Positions 39,314-51,165 of a DNA stretch of 64,000 bases are shown here, one piece after another. Below the pieces are notes generated by a model. It did no database searches. It saw nothing but the letters and a program-made list of their open reading frames with translations, and was not told where the DNA came from. The translations under genes and the position numbers were made by a program. Numbering within the stretch: position 1 is the first letter of the stretch; every line of letters begins with the position of its first letter. This DNA comes from Blasia pusilla (lineage: Eukaryota): assembly GCA_050084515.1 (NCBI GenBank), contig CM114271.1, forward strand, positions 10,230,001-10,294,000, read 5' to 3'.

Positions 39314-39676
39314 GAAATCCGTGAAAGACCTACTGTCATAAAACATGTATAGAATCATATACAATCGAGCCAAACCCACTCCACGATGGGAGAATCTAGG
39401 TCGAAGCTTGCGGGAAACACCATAGCCAAGAGCTCTACTCACTACCAAGGCTAACTCCCAATGCAACAGGCTCAACTCAAAGAACTAACTGTTCTTTGAG
39501 TGCACTCCACCTAATATCCTCCAACCTAAGAGCGGGACCTACTGGAAAAGTCACCCTCAATTGAGTAACCCCCAACCCTATGTATGAAATCGCATCTCTA
39601 CCTAGACACTGCGGCCCTACATAAGGTATGGCCTCTACTAGCACACTATACTCTACGACATAATCCGTATGCTCAT
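39313..39676 (-). repeat. Terminal repeat A1 of copy 2
   Basis: Near-identical to 30111-30475. Confidence 0.95.
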
Positions 39677-40694
39677 GAAAACATCCACTCTATGAGGGAC
39701 GTTGGATGGTGAGTCCTCAGATCCAGATGCTAGTGAGGATTCATCAGGGACTGGAGACATCCACGATGATAAGATGGTCTTGGAGTTCCTGCGTATTGGT
39801 GTCTTAGCAAGCACGGTGGGTGCTAAAGAGCAAGATCGAGTCCTATAGCAAGCCAGGAGGTTTAGGTGGGAGGGTGGATTGAGTTGGTGGAGTTGGTAGC
39901 AGTTCTCCAAGTGGATTGAGTTGTGTTGTGATCACGTACTGATAGATCATCGTATGACTTCTTGAGATCATCGGGAGGCAAATGGTTTGGCAGAGAGAGT
40001 TGTGTAAACAGTGAAGAGAGGATTTCACAAGTATAGACTTCATAGAGGACACTTGGGAGATTGGGACCTACAATTTCCGTGGTTGGCGATGGATTACCGC
40101 TCTGTCGGCAGGCATCCTTGGCATCATTTTCATTGTATTTCTTGCTCTATGGGAGAGAGCCAAAGTTACCATCGTCGATTTGACAAGATGTGGTTGAGGT
40201 ACTTGACCTTCATGATCCAAACATATGGGTACAAGAGTGTTCTCAACGGGCTGAGTTCTTTCAGAGAGTCATGCCAATGGTGTTTGAGGTACGGGACTAC
40301 GCGTGGAGGAGGCTATCGTCGAGGGATTCGGAAATTTCATCCTCAAAATTATGTCTACCTATAGCAAACAGCGCCGACAATATTGGACGTGATGGCAAGA
40401 CGTATTATTGTGCGAGTACGAGAGACTTTACCTTCAAGAGTCCTTGTTCTAGAGGGTCATGATGGTATCATTTGGAAAGATTATGTGCGTAATTGTGCGC
40501 CATGTCATCTTCCAAACGTGGATGGGAGGATTGATCCAAGCTTGGAAGTTGTTCTTGAAGGCCTGAGATGCATGTTGTGTGGGTCTGCCAGAGGTGCAAC
40601 CACCATGCTAGTTTATGATGGGTGTTCTCGAGGATGGCATATGTCATCTTTCACGCCGCCTCTTGACTTGGTTTCTCAGGGACATTGGCTTTAG
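39677..40694 (+). pseudogene. DNMT-Gypsy copy 3, right part (internally deleted integrase and PHD)
   Basis: DIHDDKMVLEFL, GHLGDWDLQFPW, VRNCAPCHLPNVDG..CMLCGS..DGCSRGWH. Confidence 0.88.
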
Positions 40695-40698
40695 GGTT

Positions 40699-41562
<864 letters not shown>

Positions 41563-43112
41563 AAGTTGATTCTCAACTTCCAAGCTTGGAAGATGAACCC
41601 AAAAATAAAGTTAAATATGCATTGTAAACTCTTATGAAATATGCAATCAACCGTGCTTCATCCAAACAGCCATATACGTGAATCAGATACATATTGGTAT
41701 AACAGCAAGAGAAATTATACACAAGGACTCCCAAAATATGTGTGATCTTCCTTATTGATTGCTCCTAGCCCACTCTTCAAGAGAGAATCCAAGCTCAATA
41801 CATGCAAGCCGCACTGTATCATAGATCCCAACAAGGGTTTACAATCCTGAGGAGATTAGCCCCAAATGAGCTTCATCCGAGGTATACCCTTTGGGCATCT
41901 CCATGGGTGACCTATACACATATATCATCTCCCTCCGAGCAGGTCACAACCAACCTGTAGTACACACATACAAGCTCCCTAACAACTACACATGTGGTCC
42001 CCTCATGAGACCAACTACCAACTAACCCACGATCAATTGTATAGGTCCAATTGGAGCCATACATGGCTGGGAAGGTCAACCTCTCGAAGATTGCCACTCC
42101 TCATAAAAGGAAAGGTGACCTACACTTGTAGGTCATCTCCTAAGAGAAAGTCACATATGACCTACAACCATCAACGCCCAAAGTACATCTTACTCACCAA
42201 CGGTGCTATAAATTGAAGATGGACGACCAAGGATCTTCATATGACAAGGAAAATTGAATAGTGATGCTTCGGAGTCACATCTTGAATTTGATGTTAATCT
42301 GTAGCAATCAAGTCCAAAGTCTTCAGAATTTCTCAGAGAAAGCACTTAGAAGTCTCCATTCAAGATCAACAAGCGTCCTAAACACGAAGAACAAAGTGTT
42401 AGATTCTCTCCTTATCCTTACCTTTTTCATTTCATGCTTATATAGATTGTAATGCATAGTCTAATACTAAGTTGATAAGCTTGCCAAAAAAAACAATGAG
42501 TGGAATATTCCTATCAGGTGTTGTTGATAAATTGATTGGGTATGTACACATGTTGAATGATGTGTTAACTTGAATACGTGTCTCATGGAGGGGAAGAGTC
42601 CAGCAAAGAAATCAAAGGACAACCAAGGATCCTGCTCTAATGTTGCATACCCTTGGCCAATTCATGGCTATCATCAAGGATTTCAAATGCCATCCCCATG
42701 GCCATCTATATTACTTGGTTGGAGTTTAGTTTTTCAAGTTCAATCCTTGTGTCGAAGTTCTTAAACTAGTTCAAAAAGGATTTTTTTCCTCTTTTTTCAT
42801 CGCAATGGTAGTTCATTGCTATATGTTCTAAAGCAATATGCTCTCTTGTTTTTATGCAGGTTCAATGCCTCTAGGTTGGGTCCCACTTGGGACCTTTTAT
42901 CCACCTCATCCTACATAGGGTTTTTATATACCACCATCAACAACTCCAATAGAAGTTTCGTATGAGTAGAGAGGCTAAGAAAATCCACTTGGCAAGTTGA
43001 AATTTTATGTAGGGTAATTAAAAAAATGAGATTACATTCAAGTTTTATAAAAAAAATAAATTTCCATTGTGAAACTTGGTTTTTTTCTTACTTTAACTAA
43101 ATCTTTCTTGAT

Positions 43113-43640
43113 AGATTCATAGCTTAAGCGTATGCACCGCAAAGAAGTTTACAAGAAGTGGAAGGCAACCAACTCGATTCGCGAATGCCCAAAGCTAAAA
43201 CCTACAGAAGAGGAGACAAAAAAGGATGAGATTATTTATGGTTGTGAAGCAAAAAGCCAATGGCATGATGATGTCAAGGCGAGTGTACATTGCCACTTGG
43301 ACCTTAGTATAGTTGATGTTAGTAGACAAGCCAAGCAAGACTTGAAAACCATCCGTAGAGAGATTGACAATCGTTATGAGTATGTTGATGGTGAGTTGAG
43401 TGATAGGTTTTGGCGTACTTCTCTCGAAGACATGATGAAACGAGAGCGGGCCCGTTTGAAAAATTATTGGAGAGAAAACGGGGCATCTGAAGAATGGGCT
43501 TGTCCTCTAGATGTGAATCCAAAAACATGGGAGTCATTGAAGTCGTATTAAGTATCACCCAGGGGAAAATAGAAATCTGAATGAATGAAGGCCAACAGAC
43601 CTAAGGTGGAAATCCCCAACCCTAATGGGAGACGAGGATA
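43113..43640 (+). pseudogene. CACTA accessory gene remnant (TnpA / Transposase_24-like)
   Basis: RERARLKNYW...CPLDVNPKTWESLKSY*..P..K.KSE.MKANR.KV......GRRGY pattern, with candidate splice acceptors nearby (TTTTATGCAG 42850-42859). Confidence 0.65.
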
Positions 43641-44199
43641 TTCTGGCCAAAATAATGTGTTTGTATATTATCCACTGAGTCTTCCTGGTTTCCTTGTTGG
43701 AAAAATTTAGGTTTTATAGGGAGTTCTTACATATTGGAATATGACTAAATCTTGATTTTGGTTTTTCTATTTTGGATATTGTCAAGTAGAAAAAGGAGCG
43801 GGGAGCTTCTCCTACAATACAAGAGATGCAAGAGTTCCTCAACACTCCTAAAGTGGATCCAAGCCAACAAAGTATCAACAATAAGGTATTATTGAAATCC
43901 TTCTTAATAAGAGTAACCCTCTACAATAGATTGCAAATACATGGTATGTTTCATGGCATATGATTTATCTTCTTATCCTTGGATCTTTGTTGTCTGGCTT
44001 GATCTTGTATCTTTCAATTGCACCAATCTGATTTTTTGTTTGCTGGAAACTCCAGTAGTCCTATTCTCCTTAGAGTTGCGCTAATCTGATATTTTCATCA
44101 TGGTTTCTTGGTTCTAGCCTATTGCAAACAGCTAACTTGTTTTTGTTGATGTTGATGTGTAATGTATAATAGCTAACTTGTTTTTGTTGATCCAAGCCG

Positions 44200-44494
44200 T
44201 GTCATCCTCTAACCTTGAAGGTACAGGGGAGGTGTAGGGTGAAGCACTTTCGTCCCTCTTCTTGCTCTTCTGCTTCGCACGAGGACAAGGACTAGGAGCT
44301 ACTCTTGGCGGTTTTCACGACATGTGGTCCTCTTGCTGCTTGTTCCTACGCTCAACAGGCTGATTCCGAGCTGATGGTCGGTCTTTGTCTATGGGTATCC
44401 CACGGGTTACAGTTCTTGGTTGCTCACCCAAGATTGTTACAAAGTGCAACTCCATGGATGGACAATTAGCTCTTCTCAATTTCTATGGTGGTGC
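44200..44494 (-). pseudogene. Athila-like leader / gag N-terminal fragment
   Basis: Similar to 48220-48420 (NKQQEDH..W.PP.V.PS..PR). Confidence 0.55.
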
Positions 44495-45615
44495 TGTAAT
44501 GTCCAAGTGTTTCTTATTTACAGTCAATTGTAGAGTTCGATCCCCAAGAGGATCATTGTTGGATGAAAAGAGAGTATAAAGTGATTATTATGTTGTGAAA
44601 GTAGTGTGATTGATTATGTAATTCAAATGTAGTATTCCAGTAACATCTTCCGATCCTTTTTAGTACATATGTTTTCTTCTTCAATTCTCTCGAGTGGAAT
44701 TTAAAGTACGCTCAGGCAATTTGTTCTCTCGACATCTCGGAACATCACACAGACCTCAAGAATAAAGTTGGCTTCTCCTACTTTCGGAACTTAATCCGTC
44801 TGGGTAGGTTACTCTCTGTCAAACAGATTTCATACAACTCTATGTTGATTATTCCATTGATGAGAAAGGTTACTTTGATTCATTCTTTACTTTACCGGAC
44901 CCAAAAGAATATTCAGACATAAGCATCGCACATCAGAATGAATGAATGAGTGATTTACGACTCCATCAAGAATTGGAAGACTTCAAAGTATATACAAGCT
45001 CGAGAGGGTACAACTCTCTTGCTCAGACCATTCCTACAGCATAAGGACTTCATGAGCGAATGATAATAATAGCTTCTGTCCTGTTTCTTAAATATTCTTG
45101 AGAGTAGGAGCGTTTCTATGATCCGAAGCGTTCTTGATGAAGTTGGTGTCTCTTCAATATCTGTAACTACCTAGATCTATGGTGTGCGTTCCTTTTCCTA
45201 TGATCCCTGTGAATCCGCGGTACAAAACTGTTCTAACTACCAATTTGATACAAAGGGTTGCGCCCCTTCCTAGTCTAATTGTTTTAACTATGTGCCGGTT
45301 CGAATCACAATCATGCTGAGCTTCGCTGCGCTAAATTTCCGGAGGACGAAGTTCTTCATTCTTCATTCTCTTCGTGCTTCGCTTAAGAGCAAAGTACTTT
45401 GTATACAGAGCTTTGTTGAGCTTCGCTAAGCTTCGCGTTGATCCTTTATACTTCGTTAAGGCTTTTGATTCTCCTCTAAGGCAAATCCTTGATCTTCCAT
45501 CTCTCTGCCTTGTCTTAGGAGCTTCGTGATTCACTTGAATCTTATTCGTTCTTCTCCATAATTGCATATAATAATCCAAACCATACTATACAAGAGTCTT
45601 TGTTCAATAAAAAGA
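44495..45615 (-). repeat. Family D LTR, 5'-truncated
   Basis: Reverse-complement match to ~10050-11227. Ends CATTACA at 44495. Confidence 0.88.
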
Positions 45616-45629
45616 TTCTCCCAATCCAC

Positions 45630-46190
45630 TCCTCACTGTGCAGACCCAAGAAGATTGTGCATATACACCGCACATCAGAGTGAAGAAAGGAGGTATCTGC
45701 TATTCCATCAAGAACAAGAAGGCTTCAAAGTGTTTTCAAGCTTGAGAGGGTACTATTCCCTTGCTTAGACCATTCCTACAACATAAGGACTTTGTAAGAG
45801 AATGATACAAGAACTACTTTGATGATCTTTAAATAGTCGCTCAAACGGTATCAATACCAATGATCTGAAGCGTTTCTTGAACCTTAGACCCCTCCTATGA
45901 TCTTTTAACTACTTTAATCTATAGTTCTCTTGACTCTTCTTATGATCCCTAGAAATCAGCTGGCCTGAACTGCCCTACCTTCCTATTTGCTCTAAAGAGT
46001 CACGTCTGTTCCTAGCATAAGTACTCTAATGATGTGCTGCTTGAAATCAGGGACAGTCCTATCTTTGTTGCAAAGTCTTGACATCTTCTTCTTCCTTGAC
46101 TAACGAAGATCTTTGAACTTCGTCCTTGTTTGAGGTAATTCGTTCTTCATCTTTGCTCCAAGTACTTTGTTACCAAGTACTTGGATTTAT
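45630..46190 (-). repeat. Fragment of a related Athila-like LTR
   Basis: Shares GCACATCAGA, AGCTTGAGAGGGTACTA and GACCATTCCTACAACATAAGGACTT blocks with the family D LTR but is more diverged. Confidence 0.6.
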
Positions 46191-46199
46191 CGTGCTCCT

Positions 46200-49100
46200 C
46201 CGTCTTTGTTGAGATACACCGGTGTATCTCATTAAAAATTGCAGCAGGGTTATGTTTGCCGGTGTTGACGCCAAGTCCCCGAGTTAGTCATAGGCTTCCA
46301 AGACCACAGGTGATGTCACGATGGCTTGTACTGCCGGACCCGTTCCGGTTCTCGAATTCTCTGTTGTCTACCTTCCTTCTGGCCCTTGGTCCTGGCAAAC
46401 TTGAGCCCGAACCTGGTCCTCAATATCCTGATGGAAGTACTTAGGGTGACTTCGATTGAAGGCAGGGTCAACATCGCCTTTTAGGATGGCCTTCCTGGCA
46501 CGGAAGGCGTCGACACTTTTTTTCTTGGAGTCTTTAGCTTCGCGCAAAGACGAAGCGCCTATCCGGATCTTGGTTTTCCCTCCGGGTTTGGGTTTTGGAC
46601 GTTGTGGTGACCGCGAGAGCTTCGTTCAGGAGTTCCGATGGCCACTCCGAGGAGTCTTCAGTTGCCGTCCCATCAGCCTCCTCTTCCCTAATGATAACTC
46701 GCCTTGCTTTAGGGGATACCAACTCCTCCACTAGGACGAGCTGAACATTCACTTCATTTTTGGACTCTGGTGGTGCCGCTAGGGTAGTTACATAGTTAAC
46801 CAGCAACCGCAGAACCTTGGGCTCCGTGCACTCCACTGTAGTATGCCCGCCTTTCTTACAATTCCCGCACAACGGATTGAGGCTGACAGGCCTCTTGGGG
46901 TCTGGGCAATTTTTGGCCCAATGGTCGGCCGCCCCGTAGTTATAACAATAGTTCCTTTTTATTGGCGGCGTGAAGGTCGCCGCACCCTCAATTTGTCTTA
47001 GGGGTCGTTGCTCCCCATACTCCGGGGGTACATATCTTGGTATCCAACTTCGTACTGAAGTAGGGGTTGGCATGGCCTGGATTGCATAACATCCTTCCCA
47101 TTGGTCAGCTTCATAACACCCTTCTTCCGCCGTTGGTTCTTCCTGGCTCCAATGTAAATCTCTTTGAGTATGACATTCTTGAGTTGTATGCCCTTGGGTT
47201 CCGCAGGCACTACACCACACATTGGGCCTCATCAGACCTGGTCATCTTCTGGGGTCCTTCTGGGCCGCCAGATGTACTTTTAATTCCGCCATTTGTTTGC
47301 TTAACTCTTCAATAGCAGACTTGCCCGACCTCTTCGATGTCCCTCGAACAGGGCTGATAGACCTTCGAGCACCATGCTTGGTAGGCTTGCCTTTCCTTCC
47401 TCGCTTGGGAGTATGGTGGCGTGTATATCGCTTCCGTTTGGATTTTCAGTCCTCTCCAGAGTTTGTGGACTCCGTCGTGCCATCCGTGGAGGCTTCGGTG
47501 TTTGTAGAGGACGCTTCATCCTCGGAAGAAGATCTAGTTTGCGAAGAACCTCATCGTTGATGACGCCATCTTCGCATTTTTCGGGATTTCTTGGAGGCCT
47601 CGTACGCCTGTGCGGATGCTATGACTGCTTCCAGGGAATCTCGTTGGCCTCGCCGGCAATACCAGTCCATTTCTTTGGACAATCGTGACACAAACCAATC
47701 TACCAATTGTGAGGTAGTAGTGTGTTCAAGTTTATTTACAAGGCTACAAAATCTTTGGGTGTATTCCCTGAGAGTTTCCTTCTTTTTACGTTTCAAGTCA
47801 CAAAGCTTTGTGAGAAGCCTGCCCTCAAACTCCAGGTCACGGAACTCATGAAGAAAGGCCTCCACTACCCTTTTCTAGGTTTCCGTGACATCCGCTCCCA
47901 GACCCTCATACCATTGGCTTGCTCACTTCTTAAGCAGGCCAAGAAAGACTCGCAACAAATCTTCCTTTGAGCCTTCCCCATTAGCCTTAGCTACATGGGT
48001 AAATTCAAGCACAAAGTTGTCAACATCATCTCGCCGTCCCCCTGCAAATGTGGGGTATCTTAGCAACGTCTTTCTAATGTTGGCCATTGGGAAATTTCTA
48101 CTGCTGGGTCCCGAGCTTGATGCTCAGGAGGGAGGAGGCAGTGGTTCTGATCTGGTTGATTTGGTCGGCTCCTCGTCCCTTGAGTCCCCAAAGGGATTCC
48201 AGGTTGACTCTTTGTCCGAGTGCAAACTGGCAAGAGACGTGTTGGGGAGCGTATTCCTGTCCCTCTTCTTGATCTTGGGCTTCTTACGAGGCCGAAGACT
48301 GGGAGACACCCCCGGCGGTCTCCAAGACCGGTGATCTTCTTGTTGCTTATTGGGTCGATCAGCTTGCTGATCTCGAGATGAGGGTCGGGAGACTTCCATG
48401 AGTCCCTTCTGGGATTTGGGAGCTTGCTTCCGCACCCACGATCGCCATAAGGTAGGGGTCCATGGAGGGAAATTGGATCTTCCTAATTCCTACAAGAGTG
48501 TGCGGGTGCTCTTAATCTACCTCCCGGGTTTCCCTCCCATAAATAGAAGTACCGGGTCATCACCAAGTACAACTGACGTTCATGGGCAAAGCATTGTTCG
48601 GCGACTAGTTCTTTGACAATACTAATTAGTTGTTCTATCTTTTCTAGCACCAATGCAGCAAACCGGTTGTTATCTTCTTTCATCCATTGTCTTAGGGGGA
48701 TAGCTAGAGATAGCAGATGGCCTTCAGTAAGAACTATATGGTTGGGTCTCCTAGGAGACGAGGCTTCTTTCCCCGCTCCTGGGTTCCCCATGAGTCTCTT
48801 TCTCTTCCCACCAAAGCTTATGATCCCCGGCAACGGCGCCAAAAAGTTTTATCCCTTATATGTAATGTACAATGAGTAACAAAATTGATCTTTTTACAAT
48901 AATTTAATGAGTTCGATCCCCAAGAGGATCATTGTTTGGTGGAAAGAGAGTTCAAAATTACAATTCTCTTGCAATAATTGTATTTAAGTGTATATGATTT
49001 AGATTAAATGATTTATTAACGTCGTCGGATCTATCTTAGTACCAAGATTCCTTTCCTCAATTCTCTCTAGTGGAGCTGACATCACGCTCAGGTAGATTTC

Positions 49101-49312
49101 CTCTCAATATCAAGAAACCTCAAAGAGACTTCAACATGAAAGCTGGCTTCTCCTACTTTCGAAACTCAATCCGTCTCGGCACGCTACTCTGTGTCAAACA
49201 GATTTCCTACAACTCCATGTTGATTATTCCATTGATGAGAAAGGTTCACCTGATTCACTCTTCACTCTGCAGACCCAAAAAGAATACTCATACATAAGCA
49301 TCGCACATCAGA
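46200..49312 (-). mobile_element. 5' part of an Athila-like Gypsy (partial family D LTR 48861-49312, tRNA-Asp PBS, gag with three CCHC knuckles)
   Basis: LTR end CATTACA at 48861. PBS 48822-48841. gag ORFs 47551-47865 and 46534-47232. Confidence 0.9.
48822..48841 (-). promoter_or_regulatory. Primer-binding site, tRNA-Asp
   Basis: TGGCGCCGTTGCCGGGGATC, complementary to the plant tRNA-Asp(GUC) 3' end as I recall it; typical of Athila. Confidence 0.9.
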
Positions 49313-49719
49313 ACTTTGTAAGTAAATAAAGTGGAGTTTGTATTGTACCTTCTTTCTCCACTTTCGTACATTTGGGCTCTCAACTTCCATTGTGAAAAAT
49401 TTTAAACATGCATGTCAGATCTTCTGATTAGTTGGTTTTAGATGAACTCAAGTTTGGTTCATTAAGTTTCTATTTATTGGATCTTACAATTTGCTGACCA
49501 ATACTTATCCCATCAATCTGGTTTCTAACATGAAAATGGATAGAAATTTTCTCGTTATGAGGGGAATTTTTTTGATGATCTCACTATATATTTTCTTATT
49601 CTATGGATTCTCTTACAAGAAGAAATGTACGCACAATATATCTTATTCTTCTTTTGTTAACTATTGTACAACTAAAATCACAATAATACTACCACTATCA
49701 CTGGTTAGAAGACTTATTA

Positions 49720-49873
49720 TACAACTTCAACCAGTCATAAAAAAAACTATGGGTTCTTGATACAACTACATGTAGTGATAACACACATTATCACTAGTAC
49801 TTCAACTAGTCATAAAAATAACTATACGTTCTTGATACAAGGCTATGTAGTGATAACACTCCTTATCACTAGT
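49720..49873. repeat. Two tandem ~75-bp units, each ending in a hairpin TAGTGATAA-N5-TTATCACTA
   Basis: Direct comparison of 49723-49798 and 49799-49873. Confidence 0.75.
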
Positions 49874-50328
49874 GTCCACCATAGTATCAACAATACACAT
49901 GTTTGATTATGATTTTGACATTTGTCAACACATGAATGTAATCAACAAATACCACATAATATAAAACTAACATTAGTCTCGCATCGTGAAAAATCCACGA
50001 TATGGACACATCAAACCATTACAAGTGTAACCAATTTCTTTTGTTATAGCGATTTTCAATCTTAAACAACAAAATAACAACTAGAAATAGTCTTAATAAT
50101 AACTAGGCAGAGCAATGTGGCACATTGAAAGTAATTTCATTATCACCATAACATAGTTTCCATGTCATACCGATCACATTGATGACTAGGATATTTCCTA
50201 GTTGTAAATGTTGCCATGTCATGCTCCCAACGTGCCACTTTATAACTAGAAATCCTAAATAACTAGTCTTTTGATACTATATTTTTGTAGTTGTAAATGC
50301 TAGTCACCAGTGGCTAAATATTCTTTTG

Positions 50329-50792
50329 AGAGTGCACACCATGGAGACCTTGGTGTGAGATCAAACCCACTCTCTAAATGAGAGGCTTGGATGTTACATA
50401 CAAGACAAGGATGGCGATAGCTCCGTCACCTCATGCCAAGAGGTTCAACAAAGAGAGAATGAGCTCTCAAACTCACTCTCTTGGAGGTATATCCCCTTCC
50501 CTCTCCCAAGCCCTCTCCACGATGACTTATGCTCGCGCATCACCTCCTTTGCTCTTGACCTGCTGTAGCATATCAAGGGCCACTTCCCAAAGTGGAAAGT
50601 CAACTATAACCAAAATTGGCAACTTGCCCAAAATAGCAATTTCCTCAATATGGCTCCAAATGAGCTGAAAAGAAGGGGAAACCTGCTCTCTCAAGTAACC
50701 TGTGGCCTCCTCTTCCACCTCCTGAGGCTCTCCTCTAGTCTCTCCGAAGGCGCTCTACTAGATCTCGTCGATCTATCTTAAGAGACGTAACA
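50329..50792 (-). repeat. Isolated A repeat of the DNMT-Gypsy copy-1 subfamily, last ~32 bp inverted
   Basis: 50361-50792 reverse complement aligns with 20576-21020. 50329-50360 matches 21027-21059 in plus orientation. Confidence 0.85.
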
Positions 50793-51165
50793 AATGTGAT
50801 ATTGGAACCATTGAACACATCTAGTAGCCTAGCGGTATAGCGTAAAGATCCAGCACTAGTAAGGAAGATGTAGTTAACTCTTTACACCTTGACACTTGTA
50901 AGGTCCTCATATACGGCTATAATGCTAACTCAAGCTCTACTTTCTCAAATAGTCCCTTTCTCACTCTCATCATCTCTCTCCTCTAAATTCAGAGGCAAAG
51001 TTTAAGGATATAGCTCAACTAGTATGACCACAATTATTTAAAGTATTCAAAAGTCTGCACTTAGAAGATTTTGTTTGTTGTCTTGACCAAGAAAATTTGT
51101 TAATATTGATTATATGGTGACACCAGAATTGTTGAACACGTTTAGTTGGTTATGTTAGGTACTGC

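Larger units (their letters stand above)
30005..39676 (-). mobile_element. DNMT/PHD Gypsy-like retroelement, copy 2 (near full-length, ~9.7 kb, split direct repeats)
   Basis: A1 39313-39676, leader, gag, PR, DNMT, RT, RH, INT, PHD, purine tract 30584-30594, B1 30480-30585, A2 30111-30475, B2 30005-30111. Confidence 0.92.

Noticed and set aside
30005-39676. DIRS/Ngaro tyrosine-recombinase element
   Set aside because: Repeat layout fits, but it encodes an aspartic protease and a DDE integrase, and I found no tyrosine recombinase motifs.
41563-42460. Possible solo LTR interrupting the CACTA fragment
   Set aside because: No second copy, TSD or convincing TG...CA boundaries identified.
48822-48841. 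tRNA-Asp gene
   Set aside because: Only the 3' 20 nt including CCA match, in PBS position; no cloverleaf.
49720-49873. Repeat-with-hairpin units as a CRISPR-like array or CACTA terminus
   Set aside because: Only two units, no unique spacers, and no clear CACTA terminal sequence with a 3-bp TSD.
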